A stretch of 64,000 bases of DNA, taken from contig NC_092348.1 in assembly GCF_963676685.1 (NCBI RefSeq), forward strand, positions 92,876,001 through 92,940,000. The letters run 5' to 3'. Made by a program: the position numbers and the translations under genes. Below are positions 40,540 to 54,300 of this stretch, one piece after another. Origin of the DNA: Mytilus edulis. Its lineage: Eukaryota. The notes under the pieces are model-generated. The model was not told the origin of the DNA. It did no database searches and worked only from the letters and a program-made list of their open reading frames with translations. Every line of letters starts with the position of its first letter. Positions within the stretch are counted from its first letter, which is position 1.

Positions 40540-41685
40540 ATGACAAGTCGTTACCACTCAAGAAACAGTATGGAAGATCTATTTACTTCGTTGAGAAATG
40601 GAAGTGGTCAGCTACTGACCGAGTATAAAAGGAATGGTGGTTATATGGATATTGTTGATTCTGAAGGGAAATCCTTGTTAATACACAGCTTATTTGATCA
40701 CAACATTGCAAGGACAAAATTGTTAATAAAACTAGGCTGCAACATTAATCTTGGCACAACAAATGGATTATCTCCCTTGCATGTTGCATGTATACAGAAA
40801 AGTTTGCTACAGGTTGAATTATTAATGGAAAGTGGAGCTAATATAAAAGTAAAAACTGAAATCGGGAGGACACCTCTTATGCAAGCCATAATTACAGGTA
40901 GTTACCAGATTGTAGAAAAACTTTTGACATTGGGGTCAGAGGTGAATGTTTTTGACAATATAAGAAACACTCCACTTCAGATAGCATTGCTAATGAAAAG
41001 AGAAGATATTGCAGATTTACTTGTCAAACAGAAGGGAATAGATCTATCATTGTCTTTCCGTTGTCGTATTGATGAAGACTTTTTATATATTACAAAATAC
41101 CTTCTTCAAATGGGAGCTAATCCTTTTGAAAGATGCCAATCTAATAGCAGACAGAAAGCTTTCTTTCCTGCGATGCTTGATTTGGAGATTGTATCTTCTC
41201 ATGAATTTTCTTCAAAAGTTGAACCGATCTATAAGGAAATTTTTACTGAGTATGGACTGTCTACTGCATCTTACACAAAAAACAAAATGCTACAAGAATT
41301 TCTTAACTGTAGTCCAATTTTACGTTTATTTGAAATTGAACCCACATTACAAATTAGTGTTGATAGATGTGTAAATAAGGTCTTTAACAAATTTTTGTCA
41401 ATACTTAAAACTTTGAGTGGCCTTGGTCTTGTTTTCCCAATAAATAAAGATATTTGGCAATGCGAATGTGAAAACACAAGACTTGTAGATATTGTGAACC
41501 AGCTTAAAAATCAACAACAGTTTTGGTCAGTTATGTATTCCATCCGAAGATCTCCACCTTCACTGAAACAACAGTGTCGAACAGCTGTGAGATCTGAGTT
41601 AACATTTGGTGTGACACACAAGGTACAACAGCTTCCATTACCACAACAAATAAAGCAATATTTATGTTTTCCAGAACTCAAATGA
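40540..41685 (+). CDS. Ankyrin repeat and SOCS box (ASB-like) protein, single coding exon, about 381 aa
   Basis: Ankyrin repeats (GKSLLIHS, GLSPLHVAC, GRTPLMQAI, NTPLQIAL) and a C-terminal SOCS box PPSLKQQCRTAVRSEL...VQQLPLPQQIKQYL. The acceptor ttccag at 40492-40497 makes ATG 40540 the likely start rather than 40378. Confidence 0.88.
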   Translation: MTSRYHSRNSMEDLFTSLRNGSGQLLTEYKRNGGYMDIVDSEGKSLLIHSLFDHNIARTKLLIKLGCNINLGTTNGLSPLHVACIQKSLLQVELLMESGANIKVKTEIGRTPLMQAIITGSYQIVEKLLTLGSEVNVFDNIRNTPLQIALLMKREDIADLLVKQKGIDLSLSFRCRIDEDFLYITKYLLQMGANPFERCQSNSRQKAFFPAMLDLEIVSSHEFSSKVEPIYKEIFTEYGLSTASYTKNKMLQEFLNCSPILRLFEIEPTLQISVDRCVNKVFNKFLSILKTLSGLGLVFPINKDIWQCECENTRLVDIVNQLKNQQQFWSVMYSIRRSPPSLKQQCRTAVRSELTFGVTHKVQQLPLPQQIKQYLCFPELK

Positions 41686-44600
41686 CTGTTATATTGATCA
41701 TGATTATAAATTATTTTCTGTTTAAAATAATTAGCAAGTAAAAACGTTGGTGCATAACTGGTGCCTATGAGTTTTCTGTATAATTGTTCAATGATAACTG
41801 CAATTCCTAGGACCCATGCTCTAAGAAGGTTTTGCTTTTAAGTTTATTTATATGAAGATAAAGGGAAATGAGTAATTGCATAATTAGTTAATTATACATG
41901 TAGTGTCACATTCAAAGGCATTGAAATATAATTTTGAAATTTTGTTATTTTATTTATATTATTTATATTATTTTGTTATTTTATTTATATTTTAAAGTTG
42001 AATAAAAAAGTGATTTGAAATTTTTTTTTAAACTGTCACAGTGGTACAATCTGTATAAGAAAATCGTTCCAATGGGAGACAATCCTAAAAGTGGATTAAA
42101 CATGACAGAATCTTGAAACTAATAGTAGACAATTATATATAAATAAGGAGATGTGGTATGATTGCCAATGAGACAACTAAACACCAGTCTGGGAGTTCAA
42201 AGACACAGTTATTAGAAATTGAAATATTATTTTAAAATTTTGTTATTGTATTTATATCAAAATTGGATATATTATCATAATAGTGTTTTGAACATACACT
42301 TTTTTTTAAAATGTATAAGAAAATCACCCCAAATGGGAGATAATCCTAAAAGTGGATTAAACATGACTGAAATTCAAAATTAATAATAGACAAATATATA
42401 TAAATAAATATGAGATGTCATGTGGTACTATTACCAATGAGGCAACTATCCATCAGAGCTCAAAAATTATCAGGATATTAGAAATGATTAATAGCAGCTA
42501 GTTCAGTGACTGTCAATGTATGGCCTACAACAATAAGAAAAAATCTATTATATATATAGTAAGTTATAAAAGGATCCGACATTAAAAATTGTGAAACGAT
42601 TCAAAACAGAAAACTAATGTCCTAATTTGTAATTGTACAAATTTATGAAAAACAAATATGACACCCACGAACCAACAACAATTACTGAATGTCGGCTTCC
42701 AATTAAAAGTACTTTTGAAACAGTTTTTTTTTCCGTATGGATGACGGATAGATGGGAATTTCTCTTATTTATGTTCATGCTATAAATATTTTTTTGGTTT
42801 ATGTAAGCATATTTAATACTTAAAAGTTTATATGCAAAGAACCATTTTAGTTTGAATTGCCACCTCTGTATACTAACTTGACATACTGTGTACAGAGACA
42901 TATAAACATCTGTCTTTTAATGTGTGCTTTAACACATACAATTTGTTTGAGTGAACAACCCTTCTTTGATATATTTCTCATGTTTATAGAATTGTTTCAG
43001 TGAGATAACTGTGGCCATTTACCTAGCTCCACTATGTGATGCTTGGAAACTAAGTTTTGCCACAGGAATTTAAGCTTAAAGAGGATACTGTGTGATTGTG
43101 TTTCAAAATATTTCCATTTAATTTTGTTTAAATATTAATCAAACTTTGCACAGGGATGGCACATCGGTAAGACATGTGCCCCTCTTATTTTTGAAAGATT
43201 TGAATAATTTATTGGGAAGTATCCAAATTGTATGAAGGCAAGCTATTACATTTCTCGTATCATTGATGCTACAGGAAGATTCAGTTATATACGCCTGCAA
43301 TGACGTATTATTCAAATGTGTATACAAATTTCCAGTCGTCCGCCTAGTTGTCCGCCCATCCCAGTCAATCTATCACCAACAGTGTGCATGATTAATTTGC
43401 TTTAACCAATTTTCATATAATTACAAAAACAACAAAAACATTAGGATTGACAGGAAAACCTAAGCTTTGCCGTTTCTGAGTAACCGGACTTTAATAAAGA
43501 CAATTCTTCACATAATGCGTACCAGAGACCAGGAACTTTCTATACTAACGTCCCTGCAGAGACATATTATATCACTTGGGATTGATTTCCAACAAAATCA
43601 ATTATTGTTTGATTTGCTAGAACGAAGCTCCCTTTTCATTTTTGTAATTTTACGGTTTGTCGTTCCAGATTTAAGGAACTTTTCGTGACAACGGTAAATT
43701 GCTCACATATTATACCAAAACTTAAGTTTGCTTGTACTGGTCATATATATTATATCTATGACACTATATATACATATTTTCAATGGGGTTGGTGAACATA
43801 ACAAACCATCTAAAACCGGAGTATGGGACCCTGGCCGTCAGAAAATCGTCTAGATAAATACCTTTTAAAACCTTAAACCACGAGATATATTTGCTAAAAT
43901 CACCATTAACTGACTGTATTTGGAAAAATTGAACTAAAGATTATACTGAGAATTTATGTTAAACATGTTAAATTGATGCAGCCATTCTTTCGTTATTAGA
44001 TTTCGATATTTGACATACAAATGTATGAGTATAAACTGTGATTTGAATAGGTCATTGATTTTTTCTATCTTTTAGTACCTAATTTTCCCTTTTTTGGATA
44101 TTCTAACATATGACAAATATGCATAGTACATCACAGTTGCATTTACATAATAGACTATTGTGCTAATTGGTCAATTATATATATATACTTATCTATAAAA
44201 ATGGTACATGTTTTTGTCATGTGTTTTGTACTGCTGTTTATTTCATGCAATTAAGTTATGTATATCAAATCAACTCGTTTCTATCTCATTTCTCGCACAG
44301 TGTTATTACGTGCTCATGAAAGCACCAGTCGAAGTACGTAAGCAAGTATGTACTTCGAAGGTCGCTAGGGTAAGGGTTGTGATAACCAATCATCCAGTGT
44401 ATTTTGTTGAAAAAGGATAACAGTTTCCAAAGAGATTCCAAGTTTAGGAACAAATAGCATGATGTCAAATCGAACACAAAAAAGAACAGATAATCGCAAC
44501 CTATGTATTATAGCGAAGGTTGTACACACAAATATTTTACCCAACTAACATATTTGTATAAGAAATTTAGAAGCAGAATGTGTTGTTGGATAAGGTTGCG

Positions 44601-45814
44601 CCCATATCAAAGTATTAATGATATATAAAAGTGCGAATAATATGATACATTTTCTTCGTAATATTTCAAAACTGTTCAAGACATCAAAAGTAACGATACA
44701 CAAGTTTGAAATCAAATTTATCATAGAATATAACAAAAAGAAAAAAGTTGTTAAATTATACCAATGAAATGCATTCATTTGCACAGCAAATGCATATGAT
44801 TGAAAGTTTAAAAGAACTCTGACCAAATTGAGATGTGAGAAAATAACGTGTTATTGAAATCAGGGGTCAAAGTTATTTTACAGCAAATGATGACAAAAGT
44901 CGGCACTTAATTTCGAAGATGAGTATTAAGTATTCAAACATCTGCTGTTGTTGGCAGTTTTAGATTCAAGTTGTGCGTTTCGTCTACACAATTCGCTACA
45001 GTAGTGGTGCGCGAATACAAAAAACAGTTACAAGTCGTTGAGAAGTTGGATCAGACACAGACAAGATTGAAGCTTCAAGGTTTCATTGTAACCATAGTTA
45101 TTCAGGTTTCTGTTTTAACAGCTATTTTCTTACTGCAAATTCGACCATTGTTCTACAGTATGTCAGTTGTATAGTGCATGAAAACTGCTGACTTAGTATT
45201 AAAATAAAGGCTAAATTAACCTCAAGCTTGTTGAGTGTTATACTGTTATAGGTTTTTTTCACAGAAATTTTTAATAAATATGAATGACTTTTTTTAACAA
45301 ATACCCTGAATTTAATCAGTGAATCTTTAAAAAAAATCTTTAATTATTACAGGGATTTTAAAATCACTTGTCAAAATCATGGATTTTATAAAACCACTAA
45401 TCAGTTCAGTGATTTTACAAATTCCCTCAAATTTCAGTGATTTTACAAAATCCCTGATTTCACAAATTCCCTGTAACATATATACTAGTATATACCTGTA
45501 ACGTTTGTGTTATATAGGCACTTAAGTTTCAATTTTGTATTTACATGGTGTCATAGATCAAACTTAGTCGTTCAGTGTAGTTTACCATAGTACTTGTTTC
45601 TATCTGAATGTCTTTTTGATCGAGTTAAGAAATTGCAATTGCAATTTTATAGTGTGTCTTTTTTAAGTTGTAAGTACACTGCTGTCTCTGGTTAGGATGA
45701 AGATTGGTGCCTGCTGCATTTCTTATGTACCTGTCCTACGTCAGGCCTATATGTTGTTCAGCTCTGTGGTTGTCGTTTGTTAGTGAAGTTCATAGGTTTC
45801 ACGTTTTCATCATA

Positions 45815-46596
45815 CTAGAACCCGTGATATCGCGGGTCCGTGACTGAATTAAAGTATATAATACTAGTATACAACTATGGCATAATATGCGTAAGCCTTA
45901 TTTAAGCATTTGTATTGTCATCTGATAAAGTCATGCCGATTATAAGATACAAAGTTTTCTCTGCTTTCAAATCACTCTGTTTCAACCTGGAACTCAGTTA
46001 TCAATTATTGGTATTATTGATTTTGTGGAAAACAATTAAAAGGTCATGGAATGGAGTATTTTTTTAATCAACAGCATTGTCCTATATTAGTTATAAATAA
46101 AGTTGAATTATTTGATTCGCTGTTTTACGTCATGCCCGCTAACAAATTGAAAACAGTACCTATACGCCTTATTATAAGTCCAGATTTTTAGTATTCGTAT
46201 TGTTATCTTTGAAAGTCTTACAGTACTGATCTAAATACTACAATAGGGAACAATTTGACAATGATTGAATTTAGTAGTGTCAATCCTATAAAAATGACCC
46301 GTGTATATAGCAAAATCCTAAATATACCGTTTGTTGGGGCGCCTGTCAGATGCGGAACGTTCAGATAAGGTAATAGATAACCGGTGAATATACTATTGGT
46401 ATCGGTATCGGATTCGACCCGGAACTTGTTAATAATTGGCAATATTAATTATGTGAAAAACAAAAGGGGAAGGAGTGGTGTACTTTTTAATCTACACCAT
46501 TCCTATATAAGCTACATATAAAGTTGAATTCTTTGATTTGTCGTTTTTACCCCATGACGGCTGACAAATTGGACCTCGTTATTTTAGTATTATAGA
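45815..46596 (-). mobile_element. Non-autonomous Helitron
   Basis: Minus strand A|TCTATAATACTAAAATAACG ... ACCCGCGATATCACGGGT (hairpin, 45820-45837) TCTAG|T: 5' TC, 3' hairpin plus CTAG, inserted between A and T with no TSD. It splits a host repeat that is seen uninterrupted near 3310-3355. Confidence 0.85.
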
Positions 46597-46653
46597 TAGA
46601 TTTTAGACCGTTGATTTTCCTGTCAAGTTGAATTGATATACACTTGTCAGTTT

Positions 46654-47008
46654 GGGCCTTCATAGCTTTCTGTTCGATGTGCACCAATTCTCCGTGTTGG
46701 TCCTTCATAGCTTTCTGTTCGATGTGCACCAATTCTCCGTGTTGGTCCTTCATAGCTTTCTGTTCGATGTGCACCAATTCTCCGTGTTGGTCCTTCATAG
46801 CTTTCTGTTCGATGTGCACCAATTCTCCGTGTTGGGCCTTCATAGCTTTCTGTTCGATGTGCACCACTTCTCCGTGTTGGTCTTTCATAGCTTTCTGTTC
46901 GATGTGCACCACTTTTCCGTGTTGGTCCTTCATATCTTTCTGTTCGGTGTGCACCAATTCTCCATGTTGGGCCTTCATAGCTTTCTGTTTGGCCGTGCAC
47001 CAATTCTC
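46654..47008. repeat. Minisatellite, 45-bp unit x about 8
   Basis: CCTTCATAGCTTTCTGTTCGATGTGCACCAATTCTCCGTGTTGGT repeated; it explains the four overlapping repetitive ORFs. Confidence 0.95.
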
Positions 47009-47279
47009 AGTGTTAAAGTCGTACTTTTACCTATATAATTGTTTACCTTTAACACAGTGTGACTTGGATGTAGGGTTGTCTTATTGGTACTTCATCTTCT
47101 CACTTATAAAGTAAGGATATATAGCAAGAATTAAAAAAGTTGTTGGTAAGAAACTACCACAAAAACAAGCTTGTTTATGTTACTAAGCCAAAGGTAGAGG
47201 TTGCATAGTCCACATATTTTTCCTAGAAACATCTTAGAACAGTGCCACAAGGAATTTTGTATTCCGAAAAGTCTCGAAC

Positions 47280-47580
47280 AGCTTACACATGGTAAGTCTA
47301 TGGAAATTTTGAAAACTAAAAACTAAGAATAAGCAACTCTTTAAGCAGTGCTATACAAAGTTCCCGTGTACCATCAATTCTGAAGCTGACACTAGTTTCC
47401 ATGAAAAAACAGGAGTAAGACAGTGATGTGTTATGTCAGGATTGTTTTTTTTATAATTGCCATTGATTGTAATGCGAACGATCCCTGGTAGAAAGTAATA
47501 CTTGAGTCAGACTCCGACAGAGATGGACGCGATGTACCCACGCTTAATTGTGAATACAGACTATGCTGACGATTGAACTA
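47280..47580 (+). mobile_element. Highly decayed non-LTR (RTE-like) RT fragment
   Basis: ACAGGAGTAAGACAG(T)GATGTGTTATGTCAGGATTG translates to TGVRQ*CVMSGL; ATTGCCATTGATTG gives IAID; GACTATGCTGACGAT gives DYADD. Confidence 0.55.
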
Positions 47581-48239
47581 CCAATGAAGGTTATACACGG
47601 CTGAAACCACATATTTTATTCATAATTACTCTCAATATAGGTCATTGAAAGATTTTTGTTAGTGCTTTAGTCATTTTTTCGGATTAAACGGACGTGTTGG
47701 ATGTGGTCTCTTGTACTGCCTGACATTTTATTTTTGTAATTCCTGGGATCCTTTCTATATATTTTGAAATATTTGCAACTGGTGGTTAAGCAAACAACAA
47801 TCAATAAAAAATAATAAAATTCAAACATAAATGATCTTGTACATATATATATACGGTAAATCGTGATCATTTTTGTTAGATAATCCAACTGGTATATTTC
47901 ATCTAGAGGGAAATTCCTCTAACATTTCACGGAAGTACAGAAAGACACGGTGTAAATAGGCCAAAAATATATCTCCAAGGGATATGCGTCCGCATCCATC
48001 AATTTTATGCAATAATTCCTATAGGCATTTTCAAATGTAGAAAAATGGTGGATTAAACCTGGTTTTATATCACTTACATTTGTAAAAACAAGTTGATCAT
48101 CATTAGTAAATGTATGGAATTATATGTGTTTCATTTCACTCGAATTTATAAGGTATTATATTATAATATTTTCGCTTTTTAATGAAATTACATGGATTAG
48201 AAATTTAATGAAACTTGGGGAAAGTGTGGTTACTAACGT

Positions 48240-48480
48240 TAGAGAATGTGTGATATAAGGGATCACGAGAGTGCATGCTATGACAAACTTGAGAGAGTGT
48301 GATGTGACTCGAGGGACTTACGAGAGTGCAAGATATATATAAGGATTTACGAGAGTGCAAGATATATATAAGGATTTACGAGAGTGCAAGATATATATAA
48401 CGATTTACGAGAGTGCAAGATATATATAAGGATTTACGAGAGTGCAAGATATATATAACGATTTACGAGAGTGCAAGATA
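48240..48480. repeat. Minisatellite, about 29-bp unit (6 good copies plus degenerate ones)
   Basis: TTACGAGAGTGCAAGATATATATAA(G/C)GAT repeated. Confidence 0.9.
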
Positions 48481-51326
48481 TAATGTGTTTCTATTTTTAT
48501 TTTTGTTTATTGTCTACTGCAATTGTGTGATAAAAAAATTAATGTACTGATTATGCCTATAATGGGTCCACTATTGGAAATAAAATGTATCTTATCTATT
48601 TTATTGTATATATATGAGGAACTAGAGATAGTGTGTGAGATAAGGGACTTGCGAGATTGTGTGATTTTAGGAACTTTAAAATCGATCCAGTGGCGGATCT
48701 AGGGGAGGGTATTAACGGACAAATATTTAGATTTTTTCAAAAACTTTATATCCACCTTCTTGTGAACGTTTTTAGACTAAGAGTATACACGTGACATATT
48801 TGTCACCGTCCAAGTCTGTGGAAATATATTTTGTTCTTTTCAAGAGTTTTTCTATATATCTGCCTTCGACTGTTGTTTTCAATCTAGTTTTAATATAGAT
48901 ATCTGATAGATCTACTACACATGAAATATAACGAAATCAGAGATCTATATTTTTTAATTAGTTCAAAATAACAGTTATGAATTGATTTTAGTTTTTGAAA
49001 ACGTGCAGCTTTTTCAATATACGGATGGTATGGACGGTACGTCGGAGAACGGTCTGCATAACTTTAAAAAGTTTATTGATAAAATGTATATTACAAATCA
49101 ACATAGCTGATATCTCAAATTGATATAAAAAGTTCGATTGGAATTAACAGCATGTAAGTAATTCATTGACAAGTTTAATTAGACTAATTAAAATTGCAGG
49201 TATTGGAATTAAACATAATAACAGTTTTTAGAAATCATAAGTTCGGAACTTTACTACAAAAACTGTCAAACCAGCTTTTTACTTGTCAGACTGAGACTGG
49301 TTGAGTTTAAAATGTTTTGATAAACGGCAAAAGTGATGCAGCGAGTTTTCAACAATTTGTCAAGGAAGCGAAGTGTGCATTAATTGATTATGGTATGTCC
49401 TGAGTTTGGAATGGAATTGATTCGGAAAATTCACCTTTTCATTATTTTTTTGAACCCAGTAAAAGATTTTAATAAATGTTTGACTAAGATTAACCCATGT
49501 GGTTCATATACATATATGGTCAAGCTCGTACATACTAGACGCGTATGGTCAGACCGTCACGAGTATACACATACGGTCCAAATCCTCATATGGTCTGGAA
49601 TATATATAAAAATATCTTATCTTATCTTATATATAGCCTATCAATATCACAAATACAACAAGTTAAATACAAAAAAAAACTCCTCAGTATAAGATTTAGT
49701 TGTAAAATTTTGTGCGAGGAAAGCTTCTGGTTTCATAATAATGGCTTCTAATTATAAATTAGTTATTAATGTTATTAATAAAAATTGAGAATGGAAATGG
49801 GGAATGTGCCAAAGAGACAACACCACAATTAAGTTTTGAATTAATGACGTTTATTATTTTTAGGAGAGTTTGGTTGGGATTCGCAAAATAAATAATAATG
49901 GACAAAAATACAAGGAATAGAAAACTGACCTAAATATAAAGAAAACAGAAATCCTGACCCCGAGTCTTGAACCCTCGAAGATGTGCGAATTCCCATGCAC
50001 TCTTAACAATGGGTAGACATTTGAATGTATAAAAAATGGTTTACACAAATGCCAAATACATGAAATCAAAACAAATCAAATAAATATACATGACGTTTTT
50101 ACTGTCAAGTATATTATAACTATATTTTTTAGTCAAATGCTATAAGAATGGACAGGTTTGGCCTGAGGAGGCCATGTTAAAAAACGAAAACAACTCTTGC
50201 ATTGCACTTTTACTTCCTTATGAACGGTCATTATCTCGATGGACATACTAAGGTATGGTATGGGTTTAGATTTAATTTTACAGTAAAGTAAATAAAAAAT
50301 AAAAACAATAAAATTTGATGAGGTTACTATAAATGATATTTGTAGTTTTAAATTAAAAAAAAAATAATGGAAATTATCTATTTAAAAAAAACGTTGACTA
50401 CGTCTGTTCTTAACTGAAATACTGTAAAAAGTTATTTCGTTTAAAGATAAATATCCTAACATTAACAAACTTTTCATATATTTTTGGTCGGACATAAACG
50501 TGCAACAGCTGTAACGTAATTATCTTTACCTGATCTAAATAACAAAATTAAACAATAATTTCACGAAATATTCCAGGAATAATCAACGGAAAATTCAAAT
50601 CAAACTGAAAATTTCATAAAAATATATCCACAAATAATCTCAAAATGTTTTTTTAAATAGTTTTTTTATTGAAAATCACACGATTTTTCGAAATGTTCAC
50701 GGACGGAACCTAATTTTAGTATTTTATTCGATTATTGGATATATTTTTGTATTTGTGTTTCATGGAGCTGTTCAAATATTATGCGCGACAACAAAGTTTT
50801 ATTTACGTAAATAGTCGCCTAAAACTGTTGTATTTTAACCACATATCTACCTAGTCGTTCGAATATCTGTCTATACATCATTAGAGAAGAAATGAGTTCT
50901 CGTGGCATTCTGTCTAGGAGGTTGGAAGAGTTAGTCATAATCTGTCCACTATTCACAAAAAAAAAAAAAATACAAATTGCGTACTCAACGTCGGGAACTA
51001 TATCTATAGTGTTTAACTGTGGGAACTGGCTTGGTGATATTTGAGCAATTTTTGTTATTTTTGTTATTTTTTTTTTTTTTGGTTTTTTTTTGTTAGTTAT
51101 TTTTGTTTCTGTTTTTGGCACTGTCAATATAGTTTGAGATAAAACCGAAGTCTAAAAACTAACAAAATGCTTAAATATACCCAAGGAGGTTAATATAACC
51201 TCCTTGATATACCAAACAGATAATTCATGAACATTATTGATTTTTTTCTTTGACAGATGTGAATGAAGATGGCGTTTTTGAAATCTTCAACAGAATGATT
51301 GAAATATTTATCTGATATTGAAATAA

Positions 51327-54300
51327 ATGGAAAAGATGAAGAAATATCTGGACATATTCATAATCAGCCTTGTGCTGTCTTCGTTTTTTCTGACAATTTA
51401 CAGTGAGTTTTTCTTAACATCCGCCATGAACTGCATTGATATTCATAACATACTTCATAGTACACAGGCAAATTTCACTCACATCAATTTCACGTGAATT
51501 TAAATTCATGTGAATTTCACGTGAAATTCACATCAATTTCACCTCAAACGAGCTTATACGTGAAACTCACGTGAAAACAATTTTTTTGAGTTTCACATGA
51601 AAATCACGTGAAATTTTTCATGTGAAATTCACATGAATTTTTAAAATAGAGTAATTCAAATAACATATAAATTTTCAAATTTAATTAAAACCATGAAAAA
51701 TATCAAATTTTGTTGTTGTAAATTTCACGTGAAATTCATGTGAAAAATTTCACATCAGAATCATGTGAATCTCAATTCACGTGAAATTCACATGGAAATT
51801 TTCACGTGAATTTCATGTATAAGCTCGATTGAGGTGAATCTCACGTGAAATTTTTCATGTGAATTTCACGTGAGATTGATGTGAAATTCATGTGAGTACA
51901 TTTTGCCTGTGTATTCGATTGACACTCAAGAGGAAAAATTGTATACATATAAACTGAAGGCACTATAGATTTAAATTCTTTCTTCATTTTCTTTAATAAA
52001 ATAAGGATAATAGAGGCATATGCATAAAGCTATTTTTAGGCATGAACCCAGTCCCTACCACAGGGCTAAACTACGGACAGTTCTTAACCAGTCTTCTGTT
52101 TTGACACGACCCTTTTATCAAGTATTAATTAAAATAATAATTCATGGTACCGAGGGCCGTTTACCAATTTATAGACCCTTCGGTCATTTCCAAAAACGTA
52201 TTCTATGACCGAAGTTATATGGAGTCCCCAAAAGGTTTTGCTATGATTTCATAAACATGTTGTTCTGCATAGGTATAGTTTTTGGGTCTTGCATTTGCGT
52301 ATTTAATAAGGTGGCTCGTGGGTACAAAGATTTCAGCAAAAAATTGAACCTTTATTTTTTCATTACACATTTTATTTATTGCACTATTAGTTATTACTTT
52401 ATGATATGGTAAAAAAAATTAACCAAAAAACTCGATTCGGTTTGGCCCCAGATGACTTTTTAAATGTTTTTATCATTGAAAAAGCTCCAAATGATCTCCC
52501 TTTGGTGCAAAAATGTCATTTTTTGGCATTAGATTTTAAATATCTTTTTTTAACTCATCGGTGAAATATAATTTTTATTATTGTCTTCAAATAAGCTATA
52601 CATAAACTAAATAATTGTAAAATTTAAGCGATTTCTGTAATTAGGTTATTTTTTTATTTCGATATTACCTCTATTTCTCCTATTAGTTCAACAGAAAAAA
52701 AGGATATTAACAAAAATGTACGCTTCTTCCGGAGTCAGAATGTGAGCTCAAATGAACGGTGACCTCATTTTTTTATTTCATTTTTCTTTTAAGTATATGA
52801 TAAAGTTCGTTTATAAAAAAATATAGTGAAATCCTTTATTAAAAAAAAATTTGATTTATACACGTTAAAGCAATAGAAAGTTTGGGCTTAAAATTCTACA
52901 CAATTATTGACTTAACAATTGTGGTATTGTCATATAGAGTGCGTTGACATGAACAGTGGTACAGCAAACTCTCACAAAATGTTATATATTGATAGAACAA
53001 TCGATTCACTTTGCAGTAATTAGTTTCCATATGTAGGTTCATTTGTTATCAGCCTGTATATGGATGAAATATTTGCTGATGGATTTGAGCAATCAAAATA
53101 TAATCCATTAATCTCACGAAAGAATCAGTATATGAATAACTGCTAAACACCATCCTCACTTGTTAGATTAAATTAAAAGAAGTCACATAATTATTTCAGC
53201 TCACAAGAAATAAAACAAATTGTAGAGTGTCTTACATGTTGTACATTAAACTTCTAGAGGAAGTACTACCATAAATATCTTCAATTTTTTTTAAACATAC
53301 GTTTTTGTATGAAATATATAGCAAATAGATGCATTTTTTTTTATTCTTTTGACCAGGCACTGAAGCTGTTGTATGTTTTGAGTAGGAAAAGTATGTTATC
53401 GCGATTTTTATGCTTTTGTTTGCGATTTTCATGTTTTTGTTAATGTTTGATTGGTGTCTCATTGGCGTATGTATATACCCGAAATCTCCGTTCATTCATA
53501 TTTCATATTTGTGTCAATTGAATAGACCTCCAATTACGGATTAAGAAAATATCAAAACATATATATCCTGATGTACAATGAAATAACTAATTTGTCTTTC
53601 ATTTCAAATTGTAGTTCAGTTAACCATTAACGTTTCCGTCAAGAAAACAGTCGTCAGCAGAATATCTCGGCAGCAAGTAAAAGAAAGACATTTCTTAAGA
53701 AAAATTTCATCAACAAATGAAACTGGATATAAGGACAAATATCGGAATAAACTAAACAGTGTGATGCCTTCACCACTAGGGCATGTGGGTTATTATGGCA
53801 ACAATAAAAATTGCACAGATATTAGAGACACCACTAGCTGTTTCTCTTCATGTCCGGAAACATCTCCTAATCTAGGTAAAAATCAATCAATTTTGTTTTT
53901 TTGCCACATATTTGAATTAAGAACAATTAACTCCATGTATATCTAATCAAGAACCCATAAAGGGCATCATTTAACAACACAATATGATTGGAAAAAGCAA
54001 AACAGAAAACTAATACATACTTTAACGTTATGAACAGGATCAGAGCCTAACACAACATGTGTTTTATATAACTATTATATTAAATCTTATAACAATAACA
54101 TGTATATGAACAAAACAGTTAGAAACAAAGCTGATCTACAAAATAAACAAACTGAATACATTTTGATATATATGCACACAAAACACGTTACTGGTAATAC
54201 ATAAATAAAAATAGGAATACACGTTTATCAACCAATGTATAATCGTAATACGACATCTATTCCGTTTTCAAATAATACATGTTTTTTTATACATTGGATA

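Noticed and set aside
44208-45174. Short ORFs possibly from an ancient transposase
   Set aside because: No motif that I could recognise.
46547-47114. Repetitive ORFs on both strands
   Set aside because: They are a by-product of a stop-free 45-bp minisatellite.
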